From contig JBBTCT010000009.1 in the NCBI GenBank assembly GCA_038060895.1, positions 435,877 through 499,876 on the forward strand: a DNA stretch of 64,000 nt. The letters run 5' to 3'. Both the position numbers and the translations under genes were made by a program. This document shows, one piece after another, positions 10,098-19,569 of this stretch (the first letter of the stretch is position 1; each line of letters starts with the position of its first letter). The DNA comes from Planctomycetota bacterium. Its GTDB lineage: Bacteria; Planctomycetota; MHYJ01; WSZJ01. The notes under the pieces were generated by a model. The model ran no database searches. It saw only the letters and a program-made list of their open reading frames with translations, and was not told the origin of the DNA.

Positions 10098-11636
10098 ATG
10101 AGCGAACTCATTGCCGTCCTCGACTTCGGCGCCCAGTACGTTCAGCTCATCGCGCGCCGCGTCCGGGAGCTCAACGTCTACTGCGAGATCTTTCCGTTCT
10201 ACACGAGCGTGGAAGCGCTGCTCGCGAAAAAGCCCAAGGGGATCATCCTCAGCGGCGGCCCGATGAGCGTTTACGCCGAGGGCGCGCCGAAGGTGGACGC
10301 GAAACTTTTCAAGGCCGGGATTCCCGTCCTCGGGATCTGCTACGGGATGCAGCTCGGCTGCGACCTGCTTGGCGGAGCCGTCAAAGGCGCCCCAGCGCGC
10401 GAGTATGGAGCGACCAAACTCCAGGTCACCGCGCCGGAAAAGCTGTTCGACGGCCTCCCGGCCGAACTCGACGTCTGGAACTCACACGGCGACTCCGTGC
10501 AGAGCCTCTCCTCCGACTTCATTCCGCTCGCCAAGACCCAGAACTCACCGTTCGCGGCCGTGAAACACAAGTCGCTTCCGTTCTACGGCGTCCAGTTCCA
10601 CCCGGAAGTCGCGCACACGCCGCTCGGGACCGAGATCCTCTCGAACTTCCTCTACAAAGTCTGCGGCTGCGAAGGGAAGTGGCGCGTCGCGGACTTCATC
10701 GAGGAACAGACGGCGCTTCTCCGCCGCGACATCGGCGACAAGGGGGTCGTCTGCGGCCTTTCCGGCGGAGTGGACTCCAGCGTCGTCGCGCTTCTCCTGC
10801 ACCGCGCCATCGGCAAACAGCTAACCTGTATTTTCGTCGATAACGGCCTCCTCCGGAAAGGCGAGTACGAGCAGGTCGTCCAGGCCTTTCGCGACCATTT
10901 CAAAATCAACCTGCGCGGGGTCGACGCGAAGAAGCGCTTCCTCGACGGCCTGAAAGGCGTGACCGACCCTGAGGAAAAGCGCAAGCGGATCGGGCACATG
11001 TTCATCGACGTCTTCCAGGACGAAGCGAAGACGCTGAAGGGGATCGAGTTCCTGGCGCAGGGGACGCTTTACCCGGACGTGATCGAGAGCGTGAGCTCGT
11101 TCGGCGGGCCGACGGCGAAGATCAAGAGCCACCACAATGTGGGCGGGTTGCCCGAGAAACTCGGCTTCAAGCTGATCGAGCCGCTGCGCGCGATGTTCAA
11201 GGACGAGGTGCGGAAGCTCGGCGCGGCGCTCGGGCTTCCCGACGCGATCCTGTGGCGGCAGCCGTTCCCCGGTCCCGGCCTGGCGGTGAGGTGCCTGGGT
11301 GAGATCACAGAAGAGCGGCTGCGCACTCTCCGAGACGCCGACGCAATCGTCACGAGCGAAATCGAAGCTGCGGACCTCGCGCGCGGGCTCTGGCAGTACT
11401 TCGCTGCCCTCCTTCCGGTCCGCAGCGTCGGCGTCATGGGCGACGAGCGCACCTACCAGGAGTGCATCGCGATCCGCTGCGTCACTTCCAGCGACGGCAT
11501 GACCGCCGACTGGGCGCGCCTTCCGCACGAGGTTCTCGCCCGCATTTCGAACCGCATCGTGAACGAAGTGAAGGGCGTGAACCGCGCGGTCTACGACGTG
11601 TCTAGCAAGCCGCCCGGGACCATTGAATGGGAGTAG
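10098..11636 (+). CDS. guaA: GMP synthase (glutamine-hydrolysing)
   Basis: [48 protein letters not shown]. Confidence 0.98.
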   Translation: MSELIAVLDFGAQYVQLIARRVRELNVYCEIFPFYTSVEALLAKKPKGIILSGGPMSVYAEGAPKVDAKLFKAGIPVLGICYGMQLGCDLLGGAVKGAPAREYGATKLQVTAPEKLFDGLPAELDVWNSHGDSVQSLSSDFIPLAKTQNSPFAAVKHKSLPFYGVQFHPEVAHTPLGTEILSNFLYKVCGCEGKWRVADFIEEQTALLRRDIGDKGVVCGLSGGVDSSVVALLLHRAIGKQLTCIFVDNGLLRKGEYEQVVQAFRDHFKINLRGVDAKKRFLDGLKGVTDPEEKRKRIGHMFIDVFQDEAKTLKGIEFLAQGTLYPDVIESVSSFGGPTAKIKSHHNVGGLPEKLGFKLIEPLRAMFKDEVRKLGAALGLPDAILWRQPFPGPGLAVRCLGEITEERLRTLRDADAIVTSEIEAADLARGLWQYFAALLPVRSVGVMGDERTYQECIAIRCVTSSDGMTADWARLPHEVLARISNRIVNEVKGVNRAVYDVSSKPPGTIEWE

Positions 11637-11653
11637 GCGAGGCGGGCCGAGAC

Positions 11654-12169
11654 GTGACGTTCCGACCGCCCGACTTCCTGCGTACCGTCATCCTTGGAAA
11701 TGGAGGCTCCGGCAAGAGCTGGCTGTCGGAGCAACTGGCGGGATTGGTGGGCGCCGCAGTCACGGACCTGGACCTGATTCACTGGGTGCCGGGCGGGTAC
11801 GACACGCGGCGCGACCCGGCGACCGCGGTCGCCATGGTGCGCGATCTCGCGGCCGGCGACCGGTGGATCATCGAAGGCGTCTACGGCTGGCTGGCGCAGG
11901 AGGCGATCCCGCGGGCATCGGCTCTCATCTTCCTGGACATCCCCGACGACCAATGCGTCGCCAACGTCAAGTCCCGGGGCCTGCGGCGCGGCGGCGACGA
12001 GACCGCGCTGGCCGATCTGGTCCAGTGGGTCTCCGAGTACAGGGTTCGCCGCAATGCGAATTCTTTCTCCGCGCACGAGCAATTGTTCGAGACGTTTGCG
12101 CGATTGAAGTGCAGGTTGAAGTCGCGGGAGGACATGGGGGCGCTCCTGCGCCGCCTCGCTTGCGGATGA
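11654..12169 (+). CDS. Adenylate kinase-like / DNA topology modulation (FlaR-like) P-loop protein
   Basis: ILGNGGSGKS Walker A; DLDLIHWVPG; WIIEGVYG; start uncertain (11627 or 11654). Confidence 0.8.
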   Translation: MTFRPPDFLRTVILGNGGSGKSWLSEQLAGLVGAAVTDLDLIHWVPGGYDTRRDPATAVAMVRDLAAGDRWIIEGVYGWLAQEAIPRASALIFLDIPDDQCVANVKSRGLRRGGDETALADLVQWVSEYRVRRNANSFSAHEQLFETFARLKCRLKSREDMGALLRRLACG

Positions 12170-12293
12170 ATTGTCTGTCCTCGAAGCGCAAAAGCGGCAG
12201 CGATGAGCGGCCAACCGGATCTTTCACGCTGGGCGGATCTTCATTTCAGCCGATGGAGCGTCAGGGTCGTGTTCTGATTGCCGCGGGAAACTC

Positions 12294-13724
12294 ATGAGCG
12301 GCACCTTCACAGAGACGGCATACACCTTCCGGCACGCCCTTCTCCGCGACGCGGCCTATCAACTCCAGCTTCCCGGTGAACGCGCGCGGCTGCATGGGAT
12401 TGTGTTCGCGGTCCTGGAAGCGATGTGTGGCGGGCGGCCGGATCTGCCGCCGGTTTGCATGGACGAATCCCAGTTCGCGCCGCACCCTTCGGACCGGTTC
12501 GCCGAAGAAATGGCGGAGCACGCGCGCCGGGCAGAGGGAGAGGCTGGGCCCTATCCGGAAGCTGGCCGGCGCTACCTGCTGCGCGGCGCGATCGCCGCTT
12601 CGCGCCAATTCCAGACCGAGGCGGCGGAACGACTCTGGCGCCGCTTCGCCGACGCCTCTTCCGGAGTCGAGCGCGCGGAGGGGCTGCGCCGCGCGGCGCA
12701 CGTCCTCTACCAGGCGGGTCGCCTGGGCGCCGCAGAGCCGCTGCTTCATCGCGCTCTCGCCGGATTCCGGGAAGCCGGGGAACGGCGCCTGGAAGGAGCG
12801 ACGTTGATGGCGCTGTCCGACCTGTACCGGACGACGGGGCGGCCTGCGGATGCCGCGCCGGCCGCGGATCGGGCTCTTGCCATTTTCCGCGACATCGGCG
12901 ACCGGAGATCGGAAGCACAGACGCTGTCGAACACGGCTCTGCTTTATCGCGACACGGGCAAGGTGCCGGAAGCGGAGCGAAACCTGCTGGACGCCCTGGA
13001 ATTGCTGCGGGCGAACGGCGATCGGCGGCAGGAGGGCGTGGCGCTGGGACAGCTTGCCAGCGTCCTCCAGGAAACCGGCCGCCCGCAGGACGCCGAACGG
13101 CTTCTGGGTCAGGCCCTGGAGATTCACCGCGCCGTGGGGAATCGCCGATTCGAGGGCATCGCTCTTGGGAACCTGGCGAACCTGTACATGGAGACGGGGC
13201 GCGCTCTGCTCGCCGTGGCCACCTACCGGCAGGCGCTCGCCCTGCACACGGAAACCGGCGATCGCCGTTTCGAGGGCATCGCCCTCGGTAACCTTGCCGG
13301 GCTCCACCACGGTGAGGGGCGCGTCGCAGAGGCGGAGCGCGCCTACGGGGACGCCCTGGCCATCCTGCGGGACGTCGGGGACCGGGCGTCGATAGGCATC
13401 AACCTGGGGAACCTCGCGCGGCTTTACCACGAGACCGACCGAGCAATGCAGGCCGAATCCACCTTCGAGAGCGCTCTGGAGATCCATCGCCAGGTCGGAA
13501 ACCGGCGATTCGAGGCCGCCCACCTCTGCGACAGCGCCGTCCTCCTGCTGGACACCGGCCGGGCGTCCGAGGGGGAAGCGCGATGGAAGGCGGGAGCCGC
13601 GATCTTGCGCACGCTGGGCGACTCCGCGCAGATCGCGTTCAAGACGGCCGACATGCGCCGCGCCTGCGCCGCCGCGGGCGTGCTGCCGTTCGAGGAAGAA
13701 GTTACTCGTGCCGCCCCTCCGTAA
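12294..13724 (+). CDS. TPR protein with 40-aa repeats and an N-terminal FRHALLRDAAY segment
   Basis: Repeats G(D/N)RRxEGIALGNLA at 40-aa spacing. Confidence 0.85.
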   Translation: MSGTFTETAYTFRHALLRDAAYQLQLPGERARLHGIVFAVLEAMCGGRPDLPPVCMDESQFAPHPSDRFAEEMAEHARRAEGEAGPYPEAGRRYLLRGAIAASRQFQTEAAERLWRRFADASSGVERAEGLRRAAHVLYQAGRLGAAEPLLHRALAGFREAGERRLEGATLMALSDLYRTTGRPADAAPAADRALAIFRDIGDRRSEAQTLSNTALLYRDTGKVPEAERNLLDALELLRANGDRRQEGVALGQLASVLQETGRPQDAERLLGQALEIHRAVGNRRFEGIALGNLANLYMETGRALLAVATYRQALALHTETGDRRFEGIALGNLAGLHHGEGRVAEAERAYGDALAILRDVGDRASIGINLGNLARLYHETDRAMQAESTFESALEIHRQVGNRRFEAAHLCDSAVLLLDTGRASEGEARWKAGAAILRTLGDSAQIAFKTADMRRACAAAGVLPFEEEVTRAAPP

Positions 13725-13727
13725 GCG

Positions 13728-14732
13728 TCACCGGCCCTGCCTCCACGTCTGCAGCAGGTGCGCGTAATTCGAGCGCTCCACGGCCTTCGGATCCGGACAC
13801 CGCAGAAGACTCATCGAGCCCTTCATCTGCGCCACGCCCTTATAGTCGTGCTCCTCCAGCCATTCGCGGAATCCCGTGACAATTTCCCCGAGCCGCTGCG
13901 GGCCGTGCTTGAGAAGCGCGGAGACGACCTGGACCGCGCTCGCGCCGCACATCACCGATTTCACGGCATCGACCGGGTCGTGCACGCCTCCCGTTACGGC
14001 AATCGGGATTTTCACCGCGGGGTAGAGAATCGCGAGCCAGCGGAGGCGAAGCGGCAGCTCCGTGGAATCCGAGAGACGGAGCGTCGGCGCAACTTCGAGC
14101 GCTTCGACGTCGATGTCCGGCTGATAGAACCGGTTGAAGATGACGAGGCCGTCGGCGCCGGCGGCTTCGAGCTGGCGCGCGAAGTTGACGAGGGACGTAT
14201 AGAAGGGAGAGAGTTTGACGGCGAAGGGAATTTTAACGACGCGGCGGAGCGACTCGACCATTTGGACGACGCGGTCCTCGATCGACTCGGAGGTTTCGGT
14301 GCCGTCGGCCGCGAGGTCGTAGACGTTGAGCTCGAGGGCGTTGGCACCGGCGTCCTGGAGGGCGCGGCCGAAGTCGAGCCAGCTGCCGCGCGAGGCACCG
14401 TTCAGTGAGGCGATCAGCGGAATGTCGATGGCTTTACGCAGCCGGCGGACGTGATCGACATAGCCCTCGGGACCGAAGGGGAAGAGGTCGCGGCGGGGGA
14501 AATAGGAGCGGGCTTCGACGTAGGTATCGGAGTGGGCGTCCATGTTGCGCTCGCTCTCTTCGTACTCGCGGATGATCTGTTCCTCGAAGAGCGAGTGCAT
14601 GACGATGGCGGGCGCTCCCGCGGCCTGGAGCGCGGCGACCGCCTCGAGGTCGTCCACGAGCGGCGACGCGCCGGGCATGATCGGGTGGGCCAGTTTCAGG
14701 CCGAGCCAGGTCGTGGACAGGTCGGGGGTCAT
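13728..14732 (-). CDS. Dihydroorotate dehydrogenase-like protein (PFOR-associated)
   Basis: DLSTTWLGLKLAHP; VMHSLFEEQI; VKLSPFY; FNRFYQPDID; overlaps the nifJ stop. Confidence 0.9.
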   Translation of the reverse strand: MTPDLSTTWLGLKLAHPIMPGASPLVDDLEAVAALQAAGAPAIVMHSLFEEQIIREYEESERNMDAHSDTYVEARSYFPRRDLFPFGPEGYVDHVRRLRKAIDIPLIASLNGASRGSWLDFGRALQDAGANALELNVYDLAADGTETSESIEDRVVQMVESLRRVVKIPFAVKLSPFYTSLVNFARQLEAAGADGLVIFNRFYQPDIDVEALEVAPTLRLSDSTELPLRLRWLAILYPAVKIPIAVTGGVHDPVDAVKSVMCGASAVQVVSALLKHGPQRLGEIVTGFREWLEEHDYKGVAQMKGSMSLLRCPDPKAVERSNYAHLLQTWRQGR

Positions 14733-17700
14733 TGCTGTTTCTCCTCCGCGGGCGGCTTGGGCAGCTTGACGCCGGCGAGTTGCCGGTATAGCTCGTAGCG
14801 GTCGGCGGCTGCGCGTTCGGCAGCCTTGATGAGGCGGCGATACCGGGCGGGGTCGAGTTTCTCGGACATGCGGAACCTGGCCTCGTTGCGGAGGTACTCG
14901 TCCGGGCGCACTTTCGGGGGCGGAGAGTCGAGCTTGAGCGGGGGCTCCCCGGCGGCGGTGCGGCGAGGGTCGTACCGGTAAAGCGGCCAGATGCCGGAAT
15001 CGACCGCGAGCTTCTGCTGCTTCGCGCCGTGAGCCATGTCGTAGCCGTGAGCGATGCAGTGGCTGTAGGCGATGATGAGCGCAGGACCCGGGTAGGCCTC
15101 CGCTTCGAGGAACGCCTGCACCGTCTGCCGGTCGCTCGCGCCGAACGCGATGCGGGCGACGTAGATGTTGCCGTAGGACATCGCCATGAGGCCGAGATCT
15201 TTCTTCGGTGTTTCCTTGCCCGCCGTTGCGAATTTCGCCGAGGCTGCCAGCGGCGTCGCCTTCGACTGCTGTCCGCCGGTGTTGGAGTAGACCTCCGTGT
15301 CCAGTACGAGCAGCTTCACGTCCCGACCGGTGGAAAAGACGTGGTCCACGCCGCCGAAACCGATGTCGTACGCCCACCCGTCGCCGCCCACGATCCAGAC
15401 CGACTTGCGCACCAGCGCGTCGGCGATGTCGAGAAGTCGAAGCGCCGCCGGGTCGCCGGCGCCGGAGAGTTTTGCCCGAAGGGCCTCAACGCGCCGGCGC
15501 TGGGCCGCGATCGCGGCTTCGGACGACTCCGAAGCGCCGCCGGCGAGCTCGCCGGCCAGCGTCTCTCCGATGCGTCCCGCGAGCGGCGCCATCAGGTCGA
15601 GAGCGAGCCTCTTGCGCGCGTCGGCCGCGAGCCGGAAGCCGAGGCCGAATTCGGCGTTGTCCTCGAAGAGGGAGTTCATCCAGGCGGGTCCGCGGCCGTC
15701 GCGATTCGTCGTGTAGGGCGTCGTCGGGAGATTGCCGCCGTAAATGGAACTGCACCCGGTCGCGTTGGCGATGAGGAGGCGGTCGCCGAAAAGCTGCGTG
15801 AGCAGCTTGATGTAGGGCGTCTCGCCGCATCCGGCGCAGGCGCCGCTGAACTCAAAGAGCGGCTCGAGGAATTGGGTCCCCTTCGGGTCAGGACGGACCT
15901 CCTCGCGCGGCGCTTCCGGCAGCTTCAGGAAGAAATCCCAGTTTGCGCGCTCGGCGTCACGGATCGGGGCCTGCGGCGCCATGTCGATCGACTTGTGACG
16001 GGGGTTTTCCTTGTCGCGCGCCGGGCAGACTTCGACGCAGAGCACGCACCCCGTGCAGTCCTCCGGCGCAACCTGCAGCACGTACTCACGCCCCGCGTAC
16101 TCGGTCTGCTTGTAAGGAACCGACTTCATCGTCACCGGCGCCCCTTTCAGCGCAGCGGGCTCGACGACCTTTGCCCGGATGGCCGCGTGCGGGCAGACGA
16201 AGACGCATTTGTTGCACTGGAGGCAGATCGCCGGGTCCCAGACGGGGATCTCCTGCGCGACGTTGCGTTTCTCCCATCGCGCCGTCCCGGTCGGCCACGT
16301 CCCGTCCGGCGGAAACGCGCTGACCGGCAACTGGTCGCCGCGCCCCTGCATCAGCGCCGCCGTGACGCGCTTCACGAAGTCCGGCGCCGCGGGCGACACC
16401 GCAGCCGGCCGGGGAACCCCCGCGGCGGCCCGCCCCTTCGTCGAAATCTCGAACAGGTTGGCCAGCGTCCGGTCCACCGCCTCGAAGTTCTTCGCGACGA
16501 CCGCTTCACCCTTTTTCCCGTACGTTTCGCGGATCGACTCCTTGATCGCCGCGATCGCTTCGTCCCGCGGCAGGACGCCGCTGATGGCGAAGAAGCACGT
16601 CTGCATGATCGTGTTGACGCGCGAGCCCATGCCCGTCTCGTTCGCGACTTTCCACGCGTCGATGATCCAGAAGCGGAGATTCTTCGCGAGGACCTGCTGC
16701 TGGACTTCGAGCGGAAGGCTTTCCCACGCTTCATCCGCCCCCCAGGGCGCGTTCAGCAGAAACGTTGCGCCCGGCGCGGCGCTCTCGAGCACGTCGAGTT
16801 TCTCGAGAAGAAACGCCTGGTGGCACGCCACGAATCCCGCCGAACGGATCAGGTACGACGAGCGGATATCGCGCGGCCCGAAGCGCAGGTGCGAGATGGT
16901 GACCGCCCCGGATTTCTTCGAGTCGTAGACGAAGTACCCCTGCGCACACAGAGACGTCTTCTCCCCGATGATCGCGATCGAGTTCTTGTTCGCCCCTACA
17001 GTGCCGTCCGAGCCCAGCCCGTAGAAGACCGCGCGGTTGACCTCCGGCGGTTCGATATCGAACTCGCGGTCGAACGGAAGAGACAGCCGCGTTACGTCGT
17101 CGGCGATGCCGATCGTGAACTGGCGACGCGGACGCGTCGCGGCGAGTTCTTCGAACACGGCTTTCACCATGGCAGGCGTGAATTCCTTCCCCGACAGCCC
17201 GTACCTCCCGCCGATGACGCGCGGTTCCCGCGCGATGAGACCTTCGTCCTTCGCCTGCCTCAGCGCCGACTCGACGTCCATGCGCAACGGCTCGCCGGGC
17301 GCGCCCGGCTCCTTCGTCCGGTCGAGAACCGCGAGCGATTTCACCGAGGCGGGAAGCGCCTTCGCGAAATCCGCGACAGAGAACGGGCGATACAGGCGCA
17401 CTTTCAGGACGCCGGTTTTCCCTCCGCGCGCGTTCATCCAGTCCACCGTCTCGTGCGCGACTTCGGCGCCCGAGCCCATCAGCACGATCACGCGTTCCGC
17501 GTCGGGCGCGCCGGCATAATCAAACAGGGAGTAACGGCGTCCCGTCCGCAACGCGAGCGATTCCATCTCCGATTTCACGATGCCCGCGCACCTGTCGTAG
17601 TAGAGGTTGCACGCTTCCCGGGCCTGGAAAAACGCGTCCGGGTTCTGCGCCGTCCCCCGCAACGTCGGCGCATCCGGCGTCAGCGCACGATCGCGATGGC

Positions 17701-18307
17701 TCTTCACCAGGTCGTCCGGCACCAGCGCGCGCAAGTCGTCGTCCTCGAGCGCCTCGATCTTGCGGATCTCGTGCGAAGTCCGGAAGCCATCAAAAAAGTG
17801 CAGAAACGGGATGCGCGACCGGAGCGTCGCCGCGTGCGCTACGAGCGCCAGGTCCTGCGCTTCCTGCGGCGATCCCGACGCCAGCATCGCGAACCCGGTC
17901 TGCCGGCACGCCATCACGTCGGAGTGGTCGCCGAAGATCGAGAGCGCGTGCGTCGCCACGGTCCGCGCGGCGACGTGCATGCAGAAGGGCGCCAGCTCGC
18001 CGGCGAGCTTGTACATCGTCGGGATCATGAGGAGGAGTCCCTGCGAGGCCGTGAACGTCGTGGCCAGCGCCCCGGCCTGCACCGCGCCGTGCGCCGCGGC
18101 AACCGCGCCCCCCTCCGATTGCATTTCGATCACGTCCGGAAGCGCGCCCCAGATATTTCGCCGCCCCATCGTGGACCATTCGTCGGCGAGCTCGCCCATC
18201 GTCGAGGACGGAGTGATGGGGTAAATGGCGATGACCTCGCTGAGGCGGTGAGCGACGGAGGCGACGGCCTCGTTGCCATCGACCGTGATCGTGCGGTGCT
18301 GGACCAT
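14729..18307 (-). CDS. nifJ: Pyruvate:ferredoxin (flavodoxin) oxidoreductase
   Basis: AIYPITPSS, EMQSEGGA, two 4Fe-4S motifs (CLQCNKCVFVCP, CTGCVLCVEVCP), GGDGWAYDIG. Confidence 0.98.
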   Translation of the reverse strand: MVQHRTITVDGNEAVASVAHRLSEVIAIYPITPSSTMGELADEWSTMGRRNIWGALPDVIEMQSEGGAVAAAHGAVQAGALATTFTASQGLLLMIPTMYKLAGELAPFCMHVAARTVATHALSIFGDHSDVMACRQTGFAMLASGSPQEAQDLALVAHAATLRSRIPFLHFFDGFRTSHEIRKIEALEDDDLRALVPDDLVKSHRDRALTPDAPTLRGTAQNPDAFFQAREACNLYYDRCAGIVKSEMESLALRTGRRYSLFDYAGAPDAERVIVLMGSGAEVAHETVDWMNARGGKTGVLKVRLYRPFSVADFAKALPASVKSLAVLDRTKEPGAPGEPLRMDVESALRQAKDEGLIAREPRVIGGRYGLSGKEFTPAMVKAVFEELAATRPRRQFTIGIADDVTRLSLPFDREFDIEPPEVNRAVFYGLGSDGTVGANKNSIAIIGEKTSLCAQGYFVYDSKKSGAVTISHLRFGPRDIRSSYLIRSAGFVACHQAFLLEKLDVLESAAPGATFLLNAPWGADEAWESLPLEVQQQVLAKNLRFWIIDAWKVANETGMGSRVNTIMQTCFFAISGVLPRDEAIAAIKESIRETYGKKGEAVVAKNFEAVDRTLANLFEISTKGRAAAGVPRPAAVSPAAPDFVKRVTAALMQGRGDQLPVSAFPPDGTWPTGTARWEKRNVAQEIPVWDPAICLQCNKCVFVCPHAAIRAKVVEPAALKGAPVTMKSVPYKQTEYAGREYVLQVAPEDCTGCVLCVEVCPARDKENPRHKSIDMAPQAPIRDAERANWDFFLKLPEAPREEVRPDPKGTQFLEPLFEFSGACAGCGETPYIKLLTQLFGDRLLIANATGCSSIYGGNLPTTPYTTNRDGRGPAWMNSLFEDNAEFGLGFRLAADARKRLALDLMAPLAGRIGETLAGELAGGASESSEAAIAAQRRRVEALRAKLSGAGDPAALRLLDIADALVRKSVWIVGGDGWAYDIGFGGVDHVFSTGRDVKLLVLDTEVYSNTGGQQSKATPLAASAKFATAGKETPKKDLGLMAMSYGNIYVARIAFGASDRQTVQAFLEAEAYPGPALIIAYSHCIAHGYDMAHGAKQQKLAVDSGIWPLYRYDPRRTAAGEPPLKLDSPPPKVRPDEYLRNEARFRMSEKLDPARYRRLIKAAERAAADRYELYRQLAGVKLPKPPAEEKQQ

Positions 18308-18416
18308 GGTGCTCCGATGCGCAGGCGCTGAAAAACACGCGGCGACTGCGCGGGATTACGCGGAATAAGCCCGTTCTGGGGCCGTTCGCGCAACAGGGAG
18401 CAAGGGGAGTGCCGCT

Positions 18417-19088
18417 TCAGTTCCGGGCGGTCGTCACCGGCTCGGCGGGTCGGATGTTGATTCCCCCGTCCGCCTCGATCGTCAATCGATAGGTGCGCCC
18501 GGCTTCCAGGCGCGTATAGACCGCCTCGCCCTGCGCCACGCGCACGCCCTTCGACCGCGCGAGATCGCCATCGTTCGTGTACTTCCAGAAATCCCGCCAA
18601 AGTTCTTCTTCGAAATTCCCGGCGCCGACGCGAAGCGCTTCGGGCACGCCGTCCACGGAAGCGGCGTCCAGAGGGAAACCGTCGTCGGGGGCCTGGTACT
18701 CGCCGAAGACGCGCCTGAAGAGGTGGAGGGAGCGGCCGCGGAGGGCGTCCGCGTCGCCGACGTAACGATCTTCGAATTTCAGGACCAGGGCGTCGAAGTA
18801 GGCCACGTCTCCCGAGATGGTGTAGGAGCGCGGCTGTTGGGCGTTACCGAGTCGATCGTAGGTGAGGAATCGGAAAGTCGTGCGCCGGTCTCGGCCGCGG
18901 GCGCCTTCCTGGGCGGTGACCACGACATCGGCGATCCGGAATTCCGTGCCGAGGCGCGCGATCATGTCGCGCATGCGCCGGTTATCGCGCTCGAGATCGC
19001 CCGCGCGTCGCTCACGGAGGAAGAGGCTCCAGCCGAGGACGGCGGCAAGGACCGAGAGGACGAATGTGGCGAGGAGGAGTTTCCGCAT
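18417..19088 (-). CDS. Membrane-anchored hypothetical protein
   Basis: N-terminal TM helix (MRKLLLATFVLSVLAAVLGW), coiled coil, globular domain; start inferred at ATG 19088. Confidence 0.75.
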   Translation of the reverse strand: MRKLLLATFVLSVLAAVLGWSLFLRERRAGDLERDNRRMRDMIARLGTEFRIADVVVTAQEGARGRDRRTTFRFLTYDRLGNAQQPRSYTISGDVAYFDALVLKFEDRYVGDADALRGRSLHLFRRVFGEYQAPDDGFPLDAASVDGVPEALRVGAGNFEEELWRDFWKYTNDGDLARSKGVRVAQGEAVYTRLEAGRTYRLTIEADGGINIRPAEPVTTARN

Positions 19089-19133
19089 GAGGTTGTTATC
19101 GGCTTGAAAGCGGAGACGGCTTGATGCGGAACT

Positions 19134-19169
19134 GGTTACTTCGGAGTAACCACCGGAAGATCCGGTAAC
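19134..19169. promoter_or_regulatory. Candidate enhancer (UAS): GGTTAC-N6-GTAACC palindrome plus a second GTAAC half-site 19 bp later
   Basis: GGTTACttcggaGTAACC at 19134-19151; GTAAC at 19165; motif recurs at 19393, 20968, 20991 and 25010. Confidence 0.6.
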
Positions 19170-19213
19170 AGAAAACGCACGGCGCCGGGGCCGGTTTCCC
19201 TCTGCGCGGCCCG

Positions 19214-19229
19214 CGGCACGGATCTTGCG
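19214..19229 (+). promoter_or_regulatory. Sigma-54 (-24/-12) promoter
   Basis: CGGCACGGATCTTGCG matches YGGCAC-N5-TTGC. Confidence 0.75.
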
Positions 19230-19239
19230 ACGTCTGGCC

Positions 19240-19390
19240 ACCAGGACAGAATCTCCCCGCGGGGCATTGACGCGCTGCGTCAATGCTCCGCGGCCACCTT
19301 TCCGCGCCGCCGAAGTTTTTATTTCGTGCGAGGCGCGCTCCCAGGAACCGCACCCGCTACCGGTGTCTTTTCGAAATAAAAACATCGGTC
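19240..19390 (+). ncRNA. Candidate structured ncRNA or leader RNA
   Basis: Lies downstream of the sigma-54 promoter; 17-bp hairpin at 19257-19293; 17-bp inverted repeat at 19310-19326/19372-19388; no credible ORF. Confidence 0.35.
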
Positions 19391-19392
19391 GT

Positions 19393-19427
19393 GTTACCCG
19401 CGCGCAACGAAACAGGACCCGAGTAAC
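19393..19427. promoter_or_regulatory. Candidate UAS: GTTAC-N6-GCAAC plus GTAAC 19 bp later
   Basis: GTTACccgcgcGCAAC at 19393-19408; GTAAC at 19423. Confidence 0.5.
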
Positions 19428-19470
19428 GCGCAATTCGCCTGAAACCGCAGCCTGCAATCGTTTGACGGTC

Positions 19471-19486
19471 TGGTCCGCGAATTGCA
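19471..19486 (+). promoter_or_regulatory. Sigma-54 (-24/-12) promoter for pilin cassette 0
   Basis: TGGTCCGCGAATTGCA (GG-N10-GC, with TTGCA). Confidence 0.65.
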
Positions 19487-19569
19487 AGAACTCAGAGCGG
19501 CCCGAAATTGACGCAGTGCGTCAAAACCCGGGGGCGCCCTGAAGGGCCCCGAGCCACTCGGAGGTCCGG

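Noticed and set aside
12890-13520. CRISPR-like periodic DNA repeats
   Set aside because: The 120-bp periodicity is in-frame TPR coding sequence; no spacers or cas genes
13728-18307. nifJ plus DHODH-like gene as a novel pairing
   Set aside because: A well-known, widespread gene arrangement
15029-18331. 1100-aa plus-strand ORF
   Set aside because: Antisense shadow of nifJ; Arg-rich with no motifs, as expected from high-GC codon bias
19310-19388. Invertible promoter switch flanked by 17-bp inverted repeats
   Set aside because: The enclosed segment is only 45 bp, holds no evident promoter and no invertase is nearby; an RNA stem is more plausible
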